Shown piece by piece: positions 31,901 through 40,549 of a stretch of 64,000 bases of DNA. The stretch comes from Deltaproteobacteria bacterium (lineage in GTDB: Bacteria > Myxococcota > JACRCW01). Both the position numbers and the translations under genes were made by a program. The notes beneath the pieces are model-generated. The model worked only from the letters and a program-made list of their open reading frames with translations, did not search any database and was not told where the DNA came from. Each line of letters starts with the position of its first letter. The first letter of the stretch is position 1. The stretch is from positions 1-64,000 of the forward strand of contig JACRCW010000064.1 of assembly GCA_016218805.1 (NCBI GenBank), read 5' to 3'.

Positions 31901-32846
31901 GCGGGAAGGTCTGGTAGTACACGCTGCCGCGCAGGCCCTCGTTGTTGGCCGCCTCGTCCACGTTGCGCAGCAGGCCGGCCACCGCCGCGCTGCCGTTGAT
32001 GGAGGTGGCGCCGGACATCAGGTGCCGCAGCTCGCCCATGCGCGTGGCGGGGTCCTGGCCGGCCGGCGCGGGGACCTTGGTGTGGCCGTTGATGATGGGC
32101 GGGGAGGTGCGCCACTCGTGGCGGTGCTCGTAACGCTCAGAGGGACGCGCGGTGGCCACCCACGGCGGGTTCTGGTCAAAGCTGAGGTGGTCATGCGCGT
32201 TGATGAGCCCCGGAGCAATGACGCCGTCCGCGCAGCGGATGCGGGTGGCCGCCGCCGCGCCCGGCTCCGCGGAACAATCACACGCGGCGCAGCGGATGAG
32301 GCCGGCGTTGTCCACCAGCACCTGACCGCCCTTGAGCGCGCCCTGCGTCTGCAGGACGTTGCCCTCCAGCAGCAGCCAGCTGTTGGTGCCTGCGGTGGTG
32401 GTGCACGTGGTGCCCGTGGACGGGGGGATGGTGCGGCCGCAGTCCACCACCGTCTCCGTTTCCGCAATGACCACGTCCACCGGGGCCGGCGGCGGTGCGC
32501 TGCTGCTGGCGGTGGTGGATGAGCTGGTCACCACGCTGCCAGAGGACCCCGCCGCGGACGAACCTGACTGCGCGGCCGACGAGCCTGACGCGCCCGAGGT
32601 GCCCGACGACGAGCCCGCGGCGCTGGAGCCGGTCCCAGACGTGGCAAGGGAGGACCCGCTGTCCGCCTGGCTGCTGGCCTGGGACCCGGAGGTCACCGTG
32701 CCGGAGCTGCCGCCGGACACCGCGCCGGAGCTGCTGGACGTGGCGCCGGACGACGAACCGTTGTCGTCATCATCACCACCGGGAGGGGGGCACGCACTGA
32801 GGGAGAGGACCAGGCCGGCCAGCAAGGCCGCACGCGCAAGCTGCAT
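28914..32846 (-). CDS. Large lipoprotein: amidohydrolase + thrombospondin type-3 repeats + OB-like region + lamin-tail domain
   Basis: LSAC lipobox, Ser-rich linker, PGLINAHDH, HVAEG, FIHAIG, ALGTDW, DNCP/DGDxxGDACD repeats, IINELDYD...EFVELYN. Confidence 0.85.
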   Translation of the reverse strand: MQLARAALLAGLVLSLSACPPPGGDDDDNGSSSGATSSSSGAVSGGSSGTVTSGSQASSQADSGSSLATSGTGSSAAGSSSGTSGASGSSAAQSGSSAAGSSGSVVTSSSTTASSSAPPPAPVDVVIAETETVVDCGRTIPPSTGTTCTTTAGTNSWLLLEGNVLQTQGALKGGQVLVDNAGLIRCAACDCSAEPGAAAATRIRCADGVIAPGLINAHDHLSFDQNPPWVATARPSERYEHRHEWRTSPPIINGHTKVPAPAGQDPATRMGELRHLMSGATSINGSAAVAGLLRNVDEAANNEGLRGSVYYQTFPLGDGGGTQFTSGCGYAFRDSPTSTNVTGAVGYTPHVAEGINAEARNEFVCTTGGTGGRDLALPKSAFIHAIGLNAADLGVMGAKGVGLIWSPRSNISLYGHTAQVSLAHALGVEIALGTDWTRSGSLNTLRELACAAQFNGSNLGGYFNDKQLVDMVTIRAARVLGIDRQVGALAAGWLGDIAVFRGDDVTGTGVRQNWHAVVTAEPADVALVLRAGKVLYGDATTVAALPDGGSCETVDVCTVSKRVCAARETGTAYSAIVSAGGGYAAFFCGTPTNEPTCIPSRPAADGNVFTFTAQASNDADGDGKLDTGTPPEDNCPDVFNPIRPVDGTAQADFDGDLVGDACDACPLTTGVSGCSLPSPDDPDADGRVTAEDNCPTVYNPQQENADGDDKGDACDICPSSNPGNTVCVTSIYAVKQGVVGVPVSISDMLVTAVAPTGFFAQHVPGDALYDAVLQEKFSGIFVFTTATGVRPVVGDRINVSTASAQVYGTGAGERQLSYPTFTVTSSGATLPSPVVVTPDLVATGGSRAAELEGVLVEVQNVTVTDLAPAAGPRDTAPTYEFAVTGGLRINDFMYRVTPFPATLTPADQFQVLRGVLHYANENSKLEPRDATDVIPRIGLASITPAPAFVAVGGTLTLTVSLNGAPAADAVIGLASDDAAATVPANVTISPPATSATFDVTGVSQAALVHVSATYDGATLSSPVRVLGTTETPVVAAITAPVPRVPAGGTTQLTVTLDFPALTGGATVALSTTGASTVPANVVVAEGTLSATATFTAGATAETATVSATLGATVTTDITVVVEPPKLIINELDYDQASTDTAEFVELYNPGTVGVDTTGMQLLIINGSNASVAQTINLTALTVPPGGYHLVAQCTGTTPGVTIPVDPLVTFQCVVAATGFVQNGAPDGVMLFNPAATGDARRVDSVSYEGSVAAVTVSGAAFPVLEGAYAALADTGSGSGSICRFPNGLDTDDQTTDWQDCAPTPGATNTP

Positions 32847-32881
32847 GAAAGGCTCCGGCGCGGCTCTAGGTGCCGCGCGAT

Positions 32882-33952
32882 TCAACGACGGGCGGACCCT
32901 ACCAGAAGCGGGTGGTAGGCGCCCTTGGGTTCTTCCACCGTGGTGCCGTCGGCAACGCGTGCGCGGTTCACGCGCATGGCCACCTCCTTCATCAGCGCCT
33001 CCACGCCCTCACGCGTGGCGCCGGAGATGACCCACAACTTCCTGCGGCGCTTGGCCAGGTGCTTCTCCAGCTTCTTGCGGTGCCCGGCCGTCTCCGGGAG
33101 GTCTGACTTGGTCAGCACCACAATCTCCGGGAGCTTGGCCAGGCGCGTGCCGTAGCTCTTGAGCTCGTCGCGGATGATCTCGTAGTCGGCCACCGGGTCG
33201 CGTCCGTCGCGGTAACCGCCCTCCACCAGGTGGACCAGCAAGCGCACGCGCTCCAGGTGCCGCAGAAAGCGGTGGCCCAGCCCCGCGCCGTCACTGGCAC
33301 CCTCAATGAGCCCCGGCATATCCGCCATCACAAACGTGCCGCGCTCCGTGCGCACCACGCCCAGGTTGGGTGACAGCGTGGTGAACGGGTAGTCCGCCAC
33401 CTTGGGGTGCGCCGCGGAGACCACGGACAGCAGCGTGGACTTGCCCGCGTTGGGGAAGCCCACCAGCCCCACGTCAGCCAGCACCTTGAGGGACAGGCGC
33501 AGGCGGCGCGCTTCGCCCGGGCGGCCCGGCTTGGCAAAGTCCGGCGCCTGCCGCGTAGGCGTGGCAAAGTTGCAGTTCCCCAAGCCGCCCCGCCCGCCCT
33601 TGAGCCGGTACTCCTGTCCGGGGTCCACCAGGTCGGCCAGCAGCTCGCCGGTGTCGGCGTCGTACACTTCGGTGCCGCGGGGGACGCGGACGGTGAGGTC
33701 CTGCCCGTCACAGCCGTTCTTCATGCGGCCGTGGCCGTGTTCGCCGTGTTCCGCACGCTGGTGCGGCGCGTAATACAGGTCCTGCAGCGTCCCCAGCTGC
33801 TTGTCCGCGCGCAGGATGAGATCCCCGCCGCGCCCGCCGTCCGCGCCGTCCGGCCCGCCGCGCGGCACGTACTTCTCGCGCCAGAAGCTGACCTTGCCGT
33901 CGCCGCCGTTGCCGGCGCTGGCTTCAATGGTGACCTCGTCAATGAAGCGCAT
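32882..33952 (-). CDS. obgE: GTPase ObgE
   Basis: MRFIDE, GGPDGADGGRGG, GFPNAGKSTLL, DYPFTT, DMPGLIEGA, TKSD. Confidence 0.97.
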   Translation of the reverse strand: MRFIDEVTIEASAGNGGDGKVSFWREKYVPRGGPDGADGGRGGDLILRADKQLGTLQDLYYAPHQRAEHGEHGHGRMKNGCDGQDLTVRVPRGTEVYDADTGELLADLVDPGQEYRLKGGRGGLGNCNFATPTRQAPDFAKPGRPGEARRLRLSLKVLADVGLVGFPNAGKSTLLSVVSAAHPKVADYPFTTLSPNLGVVRTERGTFVMADMPGLIEGASDGAGLGHRFLRHLERVRLLVHLVEGGYRDGRDPVADYEIIRDELKSYGTRLAKLPEIVVLTKSDLPETAGHRKKLEKHLAKRRRKLWVISGATREGVEALMKEVAMRVNRARVADGTTVEEPKGAYHPLLVGSARR

Positions 33953-34046
33953 GGGGACCCGGGAGAAGGGGGGCGCCGCTGATAGCACGCGCGCCGGGAA
34001 ATGCCTTCTCCCGTTGGGCCCCACCGCGCCGCGGGCCGGTCCGCCC

Positions 34047-34562
34047 TCAGCGTCGGCGCCGGAACACCACCAGTCTGTCGGCCGCGTTCACCACGTGATC
34101 GCCCTGCACGGTCATCGTCTCAATCGTCACGGTGAGCTGGAAGGTGAGCTGATCGATCGCCGCGTCGCCTGTGGAATCAAGCTCGTAGCGCACCGTGCAC
34201 TCCTTGGCCCCGGGCGGCGGCACGCACCCCCACGTCTGTGACGCCCACGTGCCGTTGCAGGTGTGTGTGGCCTGCCAGAAGTCAATGCGGTTGTTGACGG
34301 TGACGTACGGGAAAGGCCCCAGCTGCCCCACGTGCAGGCGCTCCCAGGTGTACATGCCATGGCGCTTCCACAGCATCCCCAGGCTGCGGGCATCATCGCC
34401 GGTCCCGTCGTCTTCAATGACCAGCTGACTGGGGTCCAGTCCATCGGGCGGGTCCAATTCGTTCCAATCCCCGTCAATGCGTGGCGGGCTGCACGGTTCC
34501 CCACACGCCCCCGCCACCAGGGCGGCGGCCACCCCCAGCGCGGCCACGGCGGCGCCTCTCAT
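34047..34562 (-). CDS. Hypothetical lipoprotein
   Basis: MRGAAVAALGVAAALVAGAC lipobox. ATGA overlap with the upstream gene. Confidence 0.65.
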   Translation of the reverse strand: MRGAAVAALGVAAALVAGACGEPCSPPRIDGDWNELDPPDGLDPSQLVIEDDGTGDDARSLGMLWKRHGMYTWERLHVGQLGPFPYVTVNNRIDFWQATHTCNGTWASQTWGCVPPPGAKECTVRYELDSTGDAAIDQLTFQLTVTIETMTVQGDHVVNAADRLVVFRRRR

Positions 34563-35455
34563 GGAATCACCACGTCCTGCGAGGATGCCGCGTCCATCCG
34601 GGTGCGGAACAGCCACCAGGCCAGCGGGCGGACCACCAGGGCGGTGCCCGCGGCCGAAGCCAGGCTGGCCAGGACCAGCGCCAGTCCGCCTGCCCACAAC
34701 AGCCAGACCCCTGACCCGTCCTCGCCCAGGATGCGGAAGCTGCTGGCATCCATGCTCCACGCACAGCAGCCCACCGGGCCGGCCAGGCACCCCAGGCACG
34801 CCAGGCTCCCCCACAGCAGGCTGAACGGACAGCCCAACAGCCCAGGGGCGAGCAGGCCGCGCAGGCGTCGCCACGTCGTGGGGGGGCGCGGGATGAACGG
34901 TCTGCCCACCCCCGGCGCGGTCCGCGCCTGGTCCCCCGCCCACTGCGCGCCGGCCGCTGCCACCGGCCACACCAACGCGTCCGCCACCAACGGCACCGGC
35001 AGCAGGGCCAGCGGCAGGGCCGGCACGCCCCAACACACCAGCAACGCCCCCAGGCACGAATCGCCCGGCCGCAGCGGGAATGCGTACATGGCGGCGCCGG
35101 TGCTGCACGGCAATGCCACGGCAGCCACGTTGACCCCGCACGCGAGCAGCACCGTGGCGGCGACGGTTGCGGCGGTGGCCGCGGCTGCTTCAACCGCCTC
35201 CCGGTGGGGCAGCAGGACCTGGAGCAGGAAGCTGTGCGTCAGCCGGACCGCCTGGTTCACCTGCGGCGGGGGAGCAGCGGGCTCGTCCAGGGCGAGCAAC
35301 TCCTCTTCCGCGACCGCCCCTGCGGCCGGCGGGAGAGGTGGAGGAAGCGGGGCGCCCTCAGAGGGCGCCGGCGGGGATCCGTAGGGCGGTAGGGGCGCGC
35401 CCTCGGGAGCGGCGGCCAGAACCAGCAGGGCCATCCCCAGTGACGCCGTCACCAT
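34559..35455 (-). CDS. Hypothetical Cys/Gly-rich membrane protein
   Basis: Signal-like N-terminus, Pro-rich stretch, several hydrophobic Cys-containing segments. Confidence 0.5.
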   Translation of the reverse strand: MVTASLGMALLVLAAAPEGAPLPPYGSPPAPSEGAPLPPPLPPAAGAVAEEELLALDEPAAPPPQVNQAVRLTHSFLLQVLLPHREAVEAAAATAATVAATVLLACGVNVAAVALPCSTGAAMYAFPLRPGDSCLGALLVCWGVPALPLALLPVPLVADALVWPVAAAGAQWAGDQARTAPGVGRPFIPRPPTTWRRLRGLLAPGLLGCPFSLLWGSLACLGCLAGPVGCCAWSMDASSFRILGEDGSGVWLLWAGGLALVLASLASAAGTALVVRPLAWWLFRTRMDAASSQDVVIP

Positions 35456-35541
35456 CCGCGCCCCCTGACCTGTATGCCGCCGAGGCTAGGGCGCGCCCCC
35501 GGCGGGCGCCACGGGGGGCGTGGCGCGCAGTCACCGCGGCG

Positions 35542-35574
35542 AAAACAAAAAGCCCGCCGGTGACGGCGGGCTTT
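35542..35574 (-). terminator. Rho-independent terminator downstream of rpmA
   Basis: Perfect 11-bp stem AAAGCCCGCCG (35549-35559) / CGGCGGGCTTT (35564-35574) with a 4-nt loop, ending in a T-rich run on the minus strand. Confidence 0.85.
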
Positions 35575-35601
35575 GCGTACATTTGCAGGACTTCTCCCTG
35601 C

Positions 35602-35895
35602 TCAGGCCTGCTTGCGAGCCGCCATCTTCTTGGCCAGCTCTTCGGCGCTGTACACGCTGACGCGGGAGCGCGTCTTCTCGCCGCCCTCGTAGGTGACCTT
35701 GCCGGGGATCAGCGCAAACAGCGTGAAATCCCGCCCCATGCCCACGTTGTGGCCCGGGTGGATGCGCGTGCCCTTCTGCCGCACCAGGATCTCGCCCGCG
35801 TTGACTTCGCACCCGTCATGCCGCTTGACGCCGCGGTACTTGGGGTTGCTGTCGCGACCGTTCCGGCTGGTTCCTTGTCCCTTTTTGTGTGCCAT
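35602..35895 (-). CDS. rpmA: 50S ribosomal protein L27
   Basis: [38 protein letters not shown]. Confidence 0.98.
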   Translation of the reverse strand: MAHKKGQGTSRNGRDSNPKYRGVKRHDGCEVNAGEILVRQKGTRIHPGHNVGMGRDFTLFALIPGKVTYEGGEKTRSRVSVYSAEELAKKMAARKQA

Positions 35896-35939
35896 GGCTG
35901 CAATCTCCGCAAAAGAAAGAACGTGTTCGCCCGCCGGGA

Positions 35940-36272
35940 TCAACCGCTGATGCCGGTGATCTCCAGCTCCGAGAACCACTGCCGGTGACCAATGGTCTTG
36001 TGGAAGCCCTTGCGGCGCTTCCGCTTGAACGCCCACAGCTTGGGCCCCTTGGCGTGGCGCACCACCGTGGCGGTCACGCTGGCGCCGGCCACCTGGGGCT
36101 GGCCCACCTTGGCGGTACCTTCGCCACCCAGCAGCAGGACGTCCTGGAACGTCACGCTGGCACCGGGGGCCACCTGCTTGTCCTTTTCCGGGTTGCCCAG
36201 CAGTTCCACGCGGATCTTGTCACCCTTCTCCACGCGGTGCTGTTTCCCGCTGATGATCACGACGGCGTACAT
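35940..36272 (-). CDS. rplU: 50S ribosomal protein L21
   Basis: [28 protein letters not shown]. Confidence 0.97.
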   Translation of the reverse strand: MYAVVIISGKQHRVEKGDKIRVELLGNPEKDKQVAPGASVTFQDVLLLGGEGTAKVGQPQVAGASVTATVVRHAKGPKLWAFKRKRRKGFHKTIGHRQWFSELEITGISG

Positions 36273-36559
36273 GCGTCTTCCCCTGCGCCTCTCCCGGCTT
36301 GTTCGGCCCCCCGGGACATCCGGGTGGGCGCGGGAAAGGGGACGGGCTCCGTAGCGGGCCCAATGTGGCGAGTCAAGAGCGACGCGCGGATCCGCGGCGG
36401 CGCGGCGCGCGGCGATGCACGGACGGGCCCTGGAGCTTCGGCAACCGGCCGGACGGTTCAAGGGCGGCTCGCGATGTGCCGGGCGCCACCGCCAGCGGGC
36501 CCATGGTTCTACCGGCTCCCGTCCGTGGGCCGCCAAGCTGGGACGCCGTCAACGCTTGC

Positions 36560-36584
36560 CGTGTACGGCAAAATGCCGTACACG
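36560..36584. promoter_or_regulatory. Palindromic operator of the toxin-antitoxin operon
   Basis: Perfect inverted repeat CGTGTACGGCA-AAA-TGCCGTACACG, 27 bp upstream of the antitoxin ATG. Confidence 0.8.
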
Positions 36585-36611
36585 TGTCACTGCTGTGAGA
36601 TGGAGGACCTC

Positions 36612-36875
36612 ATGACCACCAGCAGGATTGATATGCGAATCTCAGAGGAAACCAAGACGCTGGTGGAGAGGGCTGCTGCCGCCATGGGTCAGACCGTCAC
36701 TGCCTTTGCACAAACCGCGTTGATGAACCGGGCTCAACAGGTCCTGTCTGAGCGAGAGACAACGCTCCTGACTGCACGTGACCGGGAGTTGTTCCTGCAA
36801 GTGCTCGATGACAAGCCCAACGCAGTCCTGCGCAAGGCAGCCGCCAAGCACAAGGCGGGCCATGGCAGGCGCTGA
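36612..36875 (+). CDS. DUF1778 (TacA/AtaR-like) RHH antitoxin
   Basis: RIDMRISEETKTLVERAAA...TVTAF...F..LD.KPNAVL. GGAGG RBS upstream. Confidence 0.9.
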   Translation: MTTSRIDMRISEETKTLVERAAAAMGQTVTAFAQTALMNRAQQVLSERETTLLTARDRELFLQVLDDKPNAVLRKAAAKHKAGHGRR

Positions 36876-37383
36876 GCCCCTGTGGGTTGTTGGGCAGCTC
36901 ACCAAGAAACACGTTCGCGACGCGTTCCACAGTGGAGAACCGGCCCTCGACGAGTTTCTCAAGAAGCACGCCCGCCAAAACGCCGAACGTGGAATCAGTC
37001 GCACTTTTGTTGCCGTGCGCCGTGGTGCACTGGCCGTTGACGGGTATTACACGCTGCGCAGCGGTGCCGTGACGTTTGAATCTCTGCCAGACGAAGTGCG
37101 GAAGACGCTTCCCCGCTATCCGGTTCCGGTGGTGCATCTCGCCCGATTGGCCGTGTCCAAGGAGGCTCGCGGCATGGGGCTCGGAGAAACCCTGCTGCTG
37201 CACGCGTTTGAGAAGGCGATTGCCGTGGAGAATGAAATCGGTGTGTATGCGGTGGAAGTGATGGCCAAGACGGACGGGGCAAAGTCCTTCTATGAGCGGT
37301 ACGGCTTCCGCTCCCTCAGGGATGACCGGTTTCACATGTACATCTCAATGCGGACGATTCGGGCAGCGCTCAGCGGAGCGTGA
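36862..37383 (+). CDS. GNAT acetyltransferase toxin (TacT/AtaT-like)
   Basis: FHSGEPALDEFLK, GYYTL, PVVHLARLAV, acetyl-CoA motif RGMGLG, AKSFYERYGF. Overlaps the antitoxin stop. Confidence 0.92.
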   Translation: MAGAEPLWVVGQLTKKHVRDAFHSGEPALDEFLKKHARQNAERGISRTFVAVRRGALAVDGYYTLRSGAVTFESLPDEVRKTLPRYPVPVVHLARLAVSKEARGMGLGETLLLHAFEKAIAVENEIGVYAVEVMAKTDGAKSFYERYGFRSLRDDRFHMYISMRTIRAALSGA

Positions 37384-37452
37384 AGTCACCGTTTTGACCG
37401 TGCCCAAAACCGCCTGACGAGAATGCACCAGGGGCCCCTTTTTGGCCTGCGT

Positions 37453-40419
37453 TCACCCCGGCAGCGCCCGTTGCCATCCGCGGCGACGCAGCAACAACGC
37501 CAGCGCGGCCAGCCCCGTCCAGGACAGCGGGGCGTCCGCACAATTGCCGCAGCCGCCGCCCGGCAGCAGTCCGCCGGGGCCGTCACCCCCGCTGCCCCCG
37601 GATGAAGACGACGACGAGGATGACGACGACGACGACGTCCCGGCGTCCGGTTCCACGCCGGCATCCGGTGCGGGGGGCGCGGCCACGCACGTCCCGTTCT
37701 CGCAGACCTTGCCGCTCTCACATGGCACGTCGTCACGGCAGGCCACCGTGCAGTTCCACGCGGATTCGCACACCGTGGCGGCCACGTTGGAGGGTGACGC
37801 GCACAGGTGGATCTCACCGGAGCGGCGGGTGAACGTGCGGCACACGGCGTCACCGGGACAGGTTTCATCCGTCACGCAGGCCCGCGTGCACACGCGCGCG
37901 CTGTTGCGGCTGAACAGGCAGAAGCTGCCCACCGCGCAGTCCTCGTCCGAATCACACCCGGTACAGATGTCACAGCCCTGGCGGTCATCCGCGCGGCAGG
38001 TGCCGTCCGCGGCGCAGTAGTCACCGGGGGCGCAGTCCAGGTCGGACGTGCAGAATTGGTCGTAGGTGACGTCGGGGATGCACAGGTCGGTCGGCCAGTT
38101 GGGGGCGGTCAGGCTCGCGCGCGTGCAGTCGTACTTGAAGCAGGGGTCCTGGCCGGGGACCAGGCACTCGCAGCGCGCGGGGTAGCAGTGGAACCCGTGG
38201 GGGCACGCGCCGGGTACGTCACCAAAGCAGGCGTCCGTGCAGAACAACTGGCCCTGGCGGTTGTGGACCACCAGCGGCACGCCAAACAGGTTGCCGTAGC
38301 AGTTGAACAGCCCGTCCTTCTCACCGGTGGCCTTGTTGCCCACCGCGCACAGGCCCGGCTCGCCCACGGCCGTGAACCGGCAGTCAAATCCGGTGGGGCA
38401 GTCCTCGTCGGACGTGCAGGTCACCGTGCAGATGCTTTGCTCCTGGAACTCGGTGTCCACCGTCGTGGTGCAATGGGGGCAGGCCGCGGTGCACGGTTCG
38501 CCAATCTCGCCCGGCAGGCGGCGCGGGAGCTCGCAGTGGCTGTCCGTGCACACCGTGCCGTCCTCACAGTCCGCCTGCGTGGTGCAGTCCGGCGTGCACC
38601 GGCCGGTGGTGGAGCACGTGGCGCACCCGGCCACCGGGCACGGACCGCCGGCCAGCCCCGGGGACGCGGCCCGCGCCACCGCCGCGCTGGCGTTCACGCG
38701 CCCGTAGCCAAACCCAATGCTGTGCCCGTTGGCGTCGTACGCAAACAGCGCGTTGATGTCCTGGTTGAAGATCTGCGCCCAATCGATCTTGTCCGCGCGG
38801 ATCTTGTCCGCGGTGTCCGTGAGGACGAGGCGGACCTGCTCCGCGGTCAGCGCGCTGTTGGCGGCCAGCACCAACCCGGCCACCCCAGCCACCACGGGGG
38901 ATGCGCCGGAGGTGCCGGAGAACCCGTCGTAGTAGCCGTTGGCGGCATAGCCGTGGTCCCCGGTCACGTCGGTGGTCCACAGGCCGTGGTTGTCCTCGTT
39001 GACCGTGCCGCCCAGGCTGGGCGCCGCCACGTCAATGTCGTGCCCGTAGTTGCTGTACGGCGCCCAGTCATCCAGGTTGGACGAGGCCGCCACGGCAATG
39101 GAGAACGGGTGGCTGGCGTACGGGTCCGCCGCCACGTCGGAGGTGTCATTGCCCGCGGCAAACACAATGACCGTGCCCTTGCCCCCGCGGCCGGTGGTGC
39201 GCGCGTGGTCAAACGCGTCGCGTTCGGCCTGGGACATGGGGAAGTAGCGGGACCGGCCCGGGCCCCAGCTGTTGTTGATGACCCACGCCCCGTCATCCAC
39301 CGCGCGCACAAACGCGTCGGCGGTGGACAGGCTGGTGCCCACCTGGTCGCCCAGCAGGCGCACCGGCATGATGCTGCACAGCGGGCACACGCCGGACAGG
39401 CCAAGTTGGTTGTCACCGCGCGCGGCAATCACTCCGGACACCGCGGTGCCGTGGCTCTCAAAGTACGGCAGGTCCGCGGGGCACCCGGAGGCCACGTCGC
39501 GGCCGTCCTGTGACGCGGAGCACTGCGGGCGGGGGTCGTCATCGTTGGCGGAGGGGTCAAACCCCGCAATCATGTTCGCCGCCAGGTCCTCGTGATCCAC
39601 GTCAATACCGCTGTCAAACACGGCGACGACCACCGACGGGTCACCCTTGGTGGTGTCCCAGGCCTCATGCGCAAAGATCTGGCCCACGCCGGGAACCGGC
39701 GCGTTGGGCGCGGGGCGGCCCAGGTGCCACTGATTGGGGTGCAGGGGGTCATCCACCGTCGCAGTGAGGGCGAGTTCCCGGTACAGGTCCGGTTCCGCGG
39801 ACACCAGCCCGTCCACCTTGCCCAGCCCGCGGGAGGCCTCCACCGCGTCCCGCGCAAACGCGTCCCCCACGGCAATGAGCGCGGTGTCCCGCACGCGGGA
39901 GGTCCGCAGCAGCGTGCCGCCCGTGGCGCGCAGCACCGCGCGCAACACCTGGGGCAACCGGCCGGGGGCCGCCGTGATGACAAGCCGCTCATCCGCAAAC
40001 GCGCGTCCGGTCCCGCGCGCCAGCACCGCGTACGCACCGGACCATCCGCGCTCCGCCCCCGCGGCGCGGGCCAGCGCCACCAGCGTGCGCGGTTGCAGCG
40101 GCGCCGCGAACTCGACGACGAACAGCCCATGGTCCCGCAGGCGGCGCGCGCCGGAGACGGCCACCACGTCCGGTTCCTTCTCCGTGATGCGGGCGGCCAG
40201 GGCTTCCACGCGGCGGGCCAGTTGCGCGGCGGGCAGGCGCGGGTCCGCGCGCAGGGCAATGGCCCGGGTGGAGGTCTCCACGTCCACGCGGCTTCCGCCG
40301 GTGAGGTACCAGCGTGAACCGAAGCGCGTCTCCAGCGGCACGGCGGGTGCCGCCGACGACAACGCCGGTGCCAGCAGGCACAGGGAGACCACACAGGCGA
40401 CACCATTGCGGCGGAACAT
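37453..40419 (-). CDS. Secreted S8 (subtilisin-like) serine peptidase with Cys-rich C-terminus and MYXO-CTERM-like sorting signal
   Basis: Signal peptide from ATG 40419; catalytic VFDSG, HGTAV, AAGN, GTSGAS; Cys-rich region; poly-Ser; GGCGNC...LAALALLLRRR tail. Confidence 0.9.
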   Translation of the reverse strand: MFRRNGVACVVSLCLLAPALSSAAPAVPLETRFGSRWYLTGGSRVDVETSTRAIALRADPRLPAAQLARRVEALAARITEKEPDVVAVSGARRLRDHGLFVVEFAAPLQPRTLVALARAAGAERGWSGAYAVLARGTGRAFADERLVITAAPGRLPQVLRAVLRATGGTLLRTSRVRDTALIAVGDAFARDAVEASRGLGKVDGLVSAEPDLYRELALTATVDDPLHPNQWHLGRPAPNAPVPGVGQIFAHEAWDTTKGDPSVVVAVFDSGIDVDHEDLAANMIAGFDPSANDDDPRPQCSASQDGRDVASGCPADLPYFESHGTAVSGVIAARGDNQLGLSGVCPLCSIMPVRLLGDQVGTSLSTADAFVRAVDDGAWVINNSWGPGRSRYFPMSQAERDAFDHARTTGRGGKGTVIVFAAGNDTSDVAADPYASHPFSIAVAASSNLDDWAPYSNYGHDIDVAAPSLGGTVNEDNHGLWTTDVTGDHGYAANGYYDGFSGTSGASPVVAGVAGLVLAANSALTAEQVRLVLTDTADKIRADKIDWAQIFNQDINALFAYDANGHSIGFGYGRVNASAAVARAASPGLAGGPCPVAGCATCSTTGRCTPDCTTQADCEDGTVCTDSHCELPRRLPGEIGEPCTAACPHCTTTVDTEFQEQSICTVTCTSDEDCPTGFDCRFTAVGEPGLCAVGNKATGEKDGLFNCYGNLFGVPLVVHNRQGQLFCTDACFGDVPGACPHGFHCYPARCECLVPGQDPCFKYDCTRASLTAPNWPTDLCIPDVTYDQFCTSDLDCAPGDYCAADGTCRADDRQGCDICTGCDSDEDCAVGSFCLFSRNSARVCTRACVTDETCPGDAVCRTFTRRSGEIHLCASPSNVAATVCESAWNCTVACRDDVPCESGKVCENGTCVAAPPAPDAGVEPDAGTSSSSSSSSSSSSGGSGGDGPGGLLPGGGCGNCADAPLSWTGLAALALLLRRRGWQRALPG

Positions 40420-40549
40420 CACGACCTCCAACCAGGCCGCGGGGGGGGCGCCGCGGGGGCCGCCCCTGTTCCACAAGCCGCGCCCGCCGTCCAGCCCCGG
40501 TTTCCCGCGGACCCCGGGCATGGGATGCTCGCGCCCCGGAGGAACGGAC

